This document shows, piece by piece, positions 9,600 through 18,459 of a stretch of DNA of 64,000 nucleotides (position 1 is the stretch's first letter; each line of letters opens with the position of its first letter). This stretch comes from Tubulanus polymorphus (Eukaryota; Animalia; Nemertea): assembly GCF_964204645.1 (NCBI RefSeq), contig NC_134028.1, positions 7,998,001 through 8,062,000 of the forward strand, given 5' to 3'. The notes under the pieces are model-generated. The model was not told where the DNA came from and made no database searches. It was given only the letters and a program-made list of their open reading frames with translations. The position numbers were made by a program, and so were the translations under genes.

Positions 9600-12490
9600 A
9601 TAATGGTAACGTTTTATAAGGCGTCAAAAAACCAGTTTTTTCCATGGCTTGGAAAAAATGCTTTCCTTTTAGAAAGTGTAACCGAATAGGCCGGGCACAG
9701 TAACCGACTGGCTCTCCGGGCCAGATTTTCTCACAACGGCTGCGCCAGACAATATACCGCCGCTCAGTACTGGTCTTCAGCTTGGCCTCCCTAACGCACG
9801 GGCCGGGCCAAATAACTTCGTCGGGGATCACCTCTACACGTCGTGCCTCCTATCGATTCTAGGTGGGTCTTCGGGTCCAATCGTCCTTTAACCTGAAGGC
9901 GACCAACAACAACTCGGACTCCTTCGTTCTGGGTAGCGCGTCCTTATCGGTTCCAGAGTTGTTCCCGAAACTGGTTGAACTGACTCGGACTCAGAAATCC
10001 ACTCAATAAAGACATAAGACCGTTATTCGTAAAACGTAACGTTAGACATGTTTATTGCCTCAACAACGCAAAATTTATAAATGGAATGTTGCTCGCTACT
10101 CGTAGTGCTCATTCGTAGTAATTCTTTTTATACTCGTAATACTTTTAATACTCGTAATACCTTTAATAGTCGTAATACTCTTAATACTCGTAATACTAGT
10201 AGACCCCTAGGATAAGGTCACAATATCTCACTATGACGGCTCGTCAGCCTAATCATGTTCAACTAATATTTCGTACGAAATGTGGTTAACTCACGCTATG
10301 AAAGAACATCTAGGGGAGAGAGGGGTGAGAGGTACAACTATGAAATTAAATAAATAAAAGGCTTGAGTCTGAAGCGGAAATGTCAGTGACGATGGACAGA
10401 TCCCAATATCTGAACTCGGCCCCAGGGCCGACTCGATAACACCTCCTCTTGAACTACCACTACAGGTATTCTTCATCTTGGTTGGAATTCGCCTTCACTG
10501 GTGGTCCGACGCAGGGACTGATCAGTTCCCTGGCCCTCCATTCTTTCTTCGGGACAATCATCTCCGGTCCTCTTAGGAAGTAACACATCAAGGGAAGACT
10601 TGGTTTCGACCTGGACTACCACTGGCAGAATGGCTAATCGTCACCCGACAAATTCCGAGACTCAAGAGGTTTAGTGAAACCAACGTATTATAATGCAACT
10701 GGAATGGTACTCTCACGCCTTTCTCTCATTTAATAGCTCGAAAAAATACCGCACGCAGCTTTGCTTGCGGGTATAAATGCACTAAGGCCATTGACGGCAC
10801 ACGACTAAAATAATAGGGGGTTAATTCTACCCATATGATATATACGCGGATTGATGCGAGGAAGCCCGAACGGTTAGATCCCGCAGGTTCATAATACTAA
10901 CGGACAGGTGGCTAAACCGCCTGATTGTCACAAGTTTGAACTAGACTAGCTCGGAATATGAGCGACTGGGAGACGGAGAGGGATAACCCTCGCCGTGTCC
11001 CAACATCACAATGATGTGGCGACTCAATAATAATACTTAATAATAATACTTTGCAACTTAATACTAAAACAGTCGATCGTCGATCGATAATACTATACGA
11101 GATATAATAGGACGGATAAGCCCCGAATAACAAATGAAGGATTAAGGTAAGAGGGGGATGGATCTAGCGACAGGGTCGGTACCCGGCCAGCCTGCAGAAT
11201 CCGCAGAATCTCGTCGGACATCATTCGGTGGATAGCGTAGGTCTGCTTCATTCTTCGTCGTTCCAAGGACCAATGAACCATTCCCGTCAGCGGTTGAATC
11301 TTCCACACCAAACCTCATCTTACACCGGCAAGTCCCTCAGGGCGGCTGTACCATCCACACCAGTAGCCATCGTCTTCCATCTAGTACCATCGGCTGAAGG
11401 CAACCCGATACTGCGCGGACATCTGCCCTGCCGAACACCAGCCACCGTCGCCGAAATCCACCCACCCGGGACAGTAATTCCACTTAGTTTGAAATTACAA
11501 GGTCGTCATTAGGAGCAACCCTTGATAAGACATTCTAATAATGATAGATTAGGATAAGGAATTTGGATAAAAGAACATGGCGGCAACCGCAAAAACCGGG
11601 CAATCAAGGCCGCGGCAAGGCAATAATAATAATATATCAACTATCTTAACTGTAGTAACAAGTGATCACATCCCCTAAGGCCTATCGGGACGTAAGAGGT
11701 AGCGCTTACATCGTGTCACGTATAATTATCTGAAGTCGATCGAAAGTCGCTTGTTAATCTCACTAGTATATTTCTATTTTTTCGCGGCGATGCCAATCGA
11801 AATATGAATGCTGAACTAGAGTTCTGCGCGCCTTATATATATAGGGCTTCCAGTCCCCGACGATTAATTGGATGGAAGTTTTTGTCCCCGATGCCCTCCA
11901 TTGGTCAGAGTTCTTTGTCCCCGACGCGCCTCATTGGTTAGAGGTCACGAGGAACACGTGACGTCACGATCACGCGTGATTAAGTTTGTCAACAACGACG
12001 CTCGATCTAACTTTTCCATCATAAATTAGTTAATAAGAATTCCGGCCTGAACCGAGTTTTAAATCTTAAAAAGGAGGGATTTATTACCCGTGAAAGGATT
12101 TATCGTTCGAATAGTTGAAAAATAACCGCCAGAAGGGGGAGCACCCGGAGTGCCGAATTGAACCGGACCGAAAATCTGGGCGACTCGGCCTTCAGATCGG
12201 AATTCTATTTCACAATGTAATTTGACGACTAAAATGGTCTAATTAGTATTAGTATAAGAAGATTCAAGAAATAATGATTCGATTCCTCACGCGGTTTAAC
12301 AACTGCGGAAAAGTGATTCCCCGGATAGTTTAAAACTCGGTAAGAACATAGTCTGGGTGAAATCCTTAACCGAACACAACTCGACCGGACGCGAGTTCGT
12401 GCCGCAGCATAAACTGGAAATTTGGCCCGGATATAACAACCATAAAGGAACAAGACGGATGATTAACGTTTGATAAAGTAGTTATAACAT
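9600..12490 (-). mobile_element. unclassified ~2.9 kb insertion with internal promoter and decayed small ORFs (possible long solo LTR or virus-like remnant)
   Basis: CpG-rich relative to flanks; TATA and 3x CCAAT promoter facing left; 147-codon frame 11533-11093 with three nonsense codons; further decayed frames at about 10290-10730 and 9600-10010; minus-strand AATAAA at about 10051. Boundaries uncertain and no TSD found. Confidence 0.45.
11833..11980 (-). promoter_or_regulatory. Pol II promoter: TATA box, three phased CCAAT boxes, E-box/CRE
   Basis: Minus-strand TATATATAAGG at about 11831-11843; ATTGG at 11867, 11900 and 11933 (33-bp spacing), each preceded by GTCCCCGA; overlapping CACGTG/TGACGTCA at about 11955-11966. 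Confidence 0.7.
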
Positions 12491-12626
12491 TATGACATTA
12501 TGACGCTATCTGTGGCGATTATTTTGTGACGCTATCTATGGCGATCAAAGGAAATTGATTTTGAATTTGGCGCTCTCGGCGCAATCACAGGGGAATTTCC
12601 GCTACAGAAAGCTCATACTTATCAAT

Positions 12627-12698
12627 GGGGATATAGCTCAGCGGTAGAGCGTTCGATCGCAGGTCGGAAGGTCCTTGGTTCAATCCCTTGTATCTCCT
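12627..12698 (+). tRNA. tRNA-Cys(GCA)-like, probably a pseudogene or SINE head
   Basis: 72-nt cloverleaf GGGGATA-TA-GCTC-AGCGGTA-GAGC-G-TTCGA-TCGCAGG-TCGGA-AGGTC-CTTGG-TTCAATC-CCTTG-TATCTCC-T with U discriminator. The T-stem has two T-T mismatches and U33 is missing. Confidence 0.6.
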
Positions 12699-12761
12699 AG
12701 TATTTTTAGATGACATTTTAGGGAGTTTTTGGGAATAACAATGCTACTAATGTACTACAAA

Positions 12762-12918
12762 TACAATGGAACCTCGTTACAGCGAACTTCACGGGACCAG
12801 AAAATATGTTCGTTATAACCGATAGTTCGGATAATCAGTATGAAATTAACCTAATTGTCTTACTTGGGACACAATTCTGATGAATCGTTGTATCCGAGTT
12901 CGTTATGACGAGGTTCCA
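12762..12918. mobile_element. pogo/Tigger-like MITE
   Basis: Inverted ends tggaacctcgttacagcgaac ... gttcgttatgacgaggttcca. Related sequence at about 27519-27735. Confidence 0.6.
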
Positions 12919-13382
12919 AGGAGACATTTGACAACATTAAACTCAGTTGTTTGTTTCATCGAAACCTTTACGATGATCTTTCGAACAAAATTTAGCACAG
13001 AAATATTCACGAAATTCTCGTCCCAGGAGAATGTATATGTAAAAGTTAACGGCGTAGTTACACAATTGATACTGAATTAATACATCGAAAATAAATTCTC
13101 TGTAATCCAGGACAATCGGTAGAGATACTGGAAATACCGATGGAAGTGTGAATATGATGAACGCTAGTGACACGGTTACAAGCATTATCGTCGTGCGCTT
13201 TGCTTTGGCGGTTATCTTATCAGACGAAACCAATTTTGAACGTTTGAACAGTATAAAAATTATTAGAGAATTGGATGTTACGATCAACGTTAAAGGTACA
13301 AAGAACACGAAAAATGTTAGTGAAACAAAAAATATGAATTGGTGCATCAATTTGAAATAGCAGCCAAAGAAAATGTTGTTAA

Positions 13383-16300
13383 TGTTGTTACAGAGCTTGT
13401 AAGCAACACAAAACGGCGTGGAAGAAGAAATATTGAGACTACGTGTTTACTATATGACGTTCTATTGATAAGTAAGGATTCACACATACAAAGATAAAGC
13501 AGGAACACGTGGTACAAAACACATGGTACAATAAAGATCAAAAGTTCATGTAACCGCAACCACAAACTAAAACTACTTATGCATATTACTCATATCATAG
13601 GTTTTGGATAATACTATAAACAACACTCCCACTTAATATTCACTTTCAGTTAATATTACTAAAAACACAAGTATTTGCTTAATTTCACTTTCATTCAAGT
13701 CCCATCTGACTTCTCAGTTTCTCAAATGCGACACGAGGTAGTGGCTTGTTAAAATATCAACCACCATATCTAAAGTATGACAGTGCTCAATTGTTATAAC
13801 CCCATCAGATACAGCCTCACGAATAAAGTGATGACGCAAGTCAATGTGTTTAGTTCTACAGTGACCTACAGGATTTCTAGCTAAGGCAATGGTGCCTCTA
13901 TTATCTTCCGAGATAACGGTAGGTGACTCTGGCATTGCACCTAGATCATTCATTAAACGCCGTAGCCAAATAACTTCCTGTGTAGCACTGCTGAGCGCTA
14001 TATATTCAGCTTCTGTGGTCGAGAGCGCAGCAGTAGGTTGCCGTTTGCCTATCCAGCTAACCGCACTACTGGCAAGCATGAATATATTACCGGTAGTTGA
14101 CCTTCGATCGTCGAGGTCACCACCCCAGTTCGCATCAGAATATCCTCGCAGACAGTCATCATCAGACTTCTTGTAAACAATTGATAAATCTGTGGTTCCT
14201 TTTAAATATCGCAGCACAGTTTAGCCGCTGTCAGATGTGCTTCTGACGGATCGCCACAATATTTACTAATAGTGCTCACAGATTGAGCTATATCCGGACG
14301 CGTAGCTATGGCGGCGTAAAGCAAACTTCCAACTATCGATTGATACATAATTTTATCCACAGGTTTACTCACACCATCATTTTTAACTAACTTGACATTT
14401 ATGTCAGCAGGTGTTGAAACAGGATATGCATCACACATTCTGAACTTTTCAAGCATACGTTGGATATATTGCTTTTGATTAAGCTTAATAACTCCGTTTT
14501 CCTGAACAACACTTATTCCAAGGATGAAATGCAATTCACCCATATCTTTCATTTGAAAGCGATTTTGAAAGATTACCTTTCAAACTATCTAACTCACGCA
14601 TAACACGCGAGACGATTATAAGATCATCAACATAGACGGCCACTATAAGTAATCCAACATCGGTAAACTTTATAAACACACAGGGATCAGCAGCACTCTG
14701 CTGAAAACCCAACGACACTATATAACGTTTAAATTCGGTATTCCAACACCTGGGCGATTGCTGTAATCCATACAACGATTTTTTAAGTTTACAAACACGA
14801 TTATCTCCAGGTTGCGCATATCCATCAGGTTGTTGCATATATATCTCGTCATCTAAGGTACCATTTAGAAACGCTGTCACGACATCCATCTGGTGGACAA
14901 ATAATCCCTCCTGAGCTGCAAAAGCTAGCAAAGATCTTATAGAAGAGAACTTAGCGACAGGGGAGAAAGTTTCTTCGTAATCTATCCCATATTGTTGAGC
15001 GAATCCTTTCGCAACCAGACGAGCTTTATACCGATCTACAGCTCCGTCTTCACCAATTTTCGCTTTAAACACCCATTTACAGCCAATTGCTTTTCGACCT
15101 TGTGGTAAATCAACTAGATCCCACGTGTCATTATCAATTAGCGATTTAAATTCTGAATCTGCGGCCATTTTCCACTCAGTGGCTTCTTCACTTTCCATGG
15201 CCTCTTTTAAGCTTGTCGGTTCAAAAACATTAAGCGCCATGTGCTCCCACTCATTAGATTCGACCGCCAAATCGGCAAAGTCATCAATCATAAACCGCGA
15301 AACGGGTTTCCGGTTTCTGTCGCTTCTTCTTGGTTCAACCACCGTTGGTTGATCACATGATTCAGTTTCATTCTCGATGACTGTGGTTTCATCTAACACC
15401 TGTTCAGCAGACTGTCCAAAGTCATATTCATTGAAGGCTACGTCACGACGTTTGTATATTTTCCCATTATTGTCGATCAGGCGGTATCCCTTTGATTCCC
15501 GATCGTAACCAACAAAACGAAGTTTCACAGCCTTATCATCGAGTTTTTTACGATGCTTATCTGGTAACATAGCATAAGCAATACACCCGAACACTTTCAC
15601 GTGACTCAGGTCTGGTTTGCGGTCGTACCAGAGTTCATATGGAGTTCTATCCCCATTTAAAGACCTGGTTGGTAGTCGATTTTTCAAATACGCGGCGGTG
15701 GCGATCGCTTCAGCCCAATACGATTTAGATAATCCAGCATGAGCAACCATTGAACGCGCTTTTTCACAGAGAGTACGATTCAATCTCTCAGCTACGCCAT
15801 TTTGCTCGGGATTGTGCGGGAGAGAAGGCTCATGGCGTATGCCCTTCTCTTTTAAGTACGCAAGAAACTCGTTAGACATATATTCCCCGCCATTATCGGA
15901 TCGTAGGGTGCCTATACGTTCACCACTATCATTACACGCGACCGACTCGAACTCTTTAAACTTTCCGAAAACCTCAGATTTTTCACGAATGAAGTACACA
16001 GCCGAGCATCGACTGTAATCATCGGTAAATGACACAAAATACCGTTTTCCTCCGAGGGATTCCGTGCTCATCGGACCACACACATCACTATGCACAATTT
16101 GCATCTTTCTTTTCGACTTTATTCCACTCGAGGATTTAAATGGTTTTCGCGCCATTTTTCCTTTTACACAACCCTCACAGAATGACGTCAGGGGCCCGGG
16201 TTTAGCAACGTGTACCCCTTTAACAAGATCGTATTTTACCACACGCATGAGTAATTGAGGATTGACATGAGCGAGTCTTTGGTGCCATAGTTCCATCTCT

Positions 16301-17922
16301 TTGTTTACACCATTGACCGCAACAGCTGCACTTTCATCACCAGCGGTAATGTACTGTAGTTCAAACAACTTATCAGATAATAAACCAACGCCTTTCACAC
16401 ATCCGGTGTTAACCTGAATTATACATTTTGTATTTTTGAACTCAACAGTTAACCCCTTCTTTATCACGGTGCGCACTGAGAAAATATTACAGGCCAGGTC
16501 TGGTACATAGAGAACATATCCCATGACCTCACTCCCACTGGCTCCATCTTCCAGAAGAGTAGTCAGTCGTACCTTTCCGTGACCTTGGGCACATATCGGT
16601 CGTCCATCACCAAGACCTACTCGCTGTGGCTCATCAAATGCTACATAATCCAATAGAATGTTTCTATTCCACGTCATGTGGCTCGAAGCACCGGAATCAA
16701 TCAGCCATTTGCTGTGTTTCTCATTCGCATTTTTGCCCACTTGAAACGCATGATCCTCTTCATGAGGCATAGCCGCTGCCTTTGCCACGTGACCAGTTTT
16801 CTTCGAAGATCCACGATACGGAGATACAGGACAATCCCGGTGGAAGTGTCCTCGCTCACCACACCCAAAACACTTGGCTGGCGGTTTCAATTTCCCTGGA
16901 TGCCTACGACCATTCTTGTTTTCGGCTCCCAGTAACGCTGCAGCCTTATTGTTGGCTGTCGGCGTCGCATTGGTCTCCTTAAGCTTCATCTCCTCATGGA
17001 TGAGAGCTTGCTGAACAGACGACAATTTCAGCTGGTCATTGCGCGCTTCAAGAGCAGTCACCAGAGTTGCATAACTTCTGGGTAGGCTGCCAAGAAGGGT
17101 AACGACCTGATCTTCTTCATCAACCGGACTATTTATAGCTGCTAGCCTATCAGTTAAAAGTTTCATTTCTTTTAAGTGACCCTCAACTGACGTTCCCTCC
17201 TTCATTTCCATTCTAAAATACTTCTTTTTTAGATAGATCCTATGGTTTAAGGAATCTTTCTGGAAATGTTCTTCAAGTAACTTCCATGCTACTTTAGGCG
17301 ACTCCGTGGACGTTATCAGGTATATTTGCGACGGCGCGATCAACATAACAATCATTCCAAACGCTTTCGCCATTTTCGCTTCAAACTCATTTTTCTTGAG
17401 ATCATCAGCGTCCTCCGGAAGTGTCTCAGACCCATCAATGTATTTCCAAAGCTCTCGTGAGCGTAGCATATGCCGAACTTGAAAGCTCCATGTCGACCAG
17501 TTTCCACCATTCAATTTTTCAACGGTCCACTTTTCTTCAGCCATTATAGACGTTCACAATTCACAAGCTTTAAAACACCAAACAGTTCACCAGAACAGAC
17601 TGGACAAACAACGTCAATTCATTAACTTAATTAGTCCTCAATTAACAACATTCAACCATCGTAGCCTGGGCCCATAACCTGTTGTTACAGAGCTTGTAAG
17701 CAACACAAAACGGCGTGGAAGAAGAAATATTGAGACTACGTGTTTACTATATGACGTTCTATTGATAAGTAAGGATTCACACATACAAAGATAAAGCAGG
17801 AACATGTGGTACAAAACACATGGTACAATAAAGATCAAAAGTTCATGTAACCGCAACCACAAACTAAAACTACTTATGCATATTACTCATATCATAGGTT
17901 TTGGATAATACTATAAACAACA
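13383..17922 (-). mobile_element. full-length Ty1/Copia LTR retrotransposon
   Basis: 243-bp LTRs at 13383-13625 and 17680-17922 (TG..CA, one mismatch seen); 5-bp TSD GTTAA (13378-13382, 17923-17927); PBS GGTTATGGGCCCAGG next to the 5' LTR; PPT TTAAGTGGGAG before the 3' LTR; gag-PR-IN-RT-RH order. Confidence 0.98.
13714..17544 (-). CDS. Copia gag-pol polyprotein, broken by two frameshifts
   Basis: CCHC knuckle CFGCGERGHFHRDC, protease WLIDSGAS, WHQRLAH..CEGC, integrase (HSDVCGP, LRSDNGGEY, NGVAER), RT (QMDVVTAFLNG, YVDD), RNase H (YSDANW, TKHIDLRHHFIRE). Frames change near 14550 and 14215. Confidence 0.95.
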
Positions 17923-18459
17923 GTTAAATTGCATTGTTTTCGCGACAGGAACTGATACGATTAGTATGTTTATAACCAAAATGAGAATGATTACGCACCG
18001 AGCAAATCTCGGCGTACATATCAAATACGAGACGCGATCGGAAAACGTACAACTGCCGCCCGTTCTAACGATATAGCTACGATTAACCAAGAACTTGTGG
18101 AAGCCATGCACAGTGTGAATGCTTCGTATATTTGGCAACTGGTCAGGAATTCATCACATATATAGGACCGATGTTCACGTGCAAGAGAACAAACTGTACC
18201 ACAGGCATCAACGTGAAATCTGTACAAACCAGAAAATCGCTGAGAGACAAAACTAACAGATAGTTAGCGTACGATAATCTGCGCAATCTACGATTAACAT
18301 CAACAGGAAAGTAGCCGAATTTTCGAAACTACCGAGCAGAAATACTATGGGTAAATAGATTATTAGAAATACGCGCAATTTCCCAGACATATTGACTACG
18401 GACGTGATGACAATATAACTGGTGTACGGTCGACCCACCGATGATGATTCAGTTGAGTT

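Larger units (their letters stand above)
12943..18458 (-). pseudogene. intronless rhodopsin-class (peptide/FMRFamide-receptor-like) GPCR pseudogene interrupted by Copia
   Basis: 5' half (17923-18458): NSTES N-terminus, TM1 (YLPIVFLLGSFENSATFLLM), TM2 (YANYLLVLSLSDFLV), TM3 (CQIY..SSWLIVAISLERAAVVRFP), TM4 (CTPRFARCVIILIL), in shifting frames (at least 3 frameshifts). 3' half (12943-13382): TM5-TM7 with KRTTIMLVTVSLAFIIFTLP and NYAVNFYIY..GREFR. Confidence 0.9.

Noticed and set aside
10095-10200. Short regular repeats as a CRISPR-like array
   Set aside because: Contiguous 9-bp units without unique spacers, in a eukaryotic context with no cas genes.
12476-12500. AGTAGT as a Polinton terminus
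   Set aside because: No partner TIR, 6-bp TSD or Polinton genes in the window.
13347-13565. Duplicated 72-74 aa ORFs MWLRLHELL.. (also 17638-17862)
   Set aside because: Incidental frames inside the two Copia LTRs.
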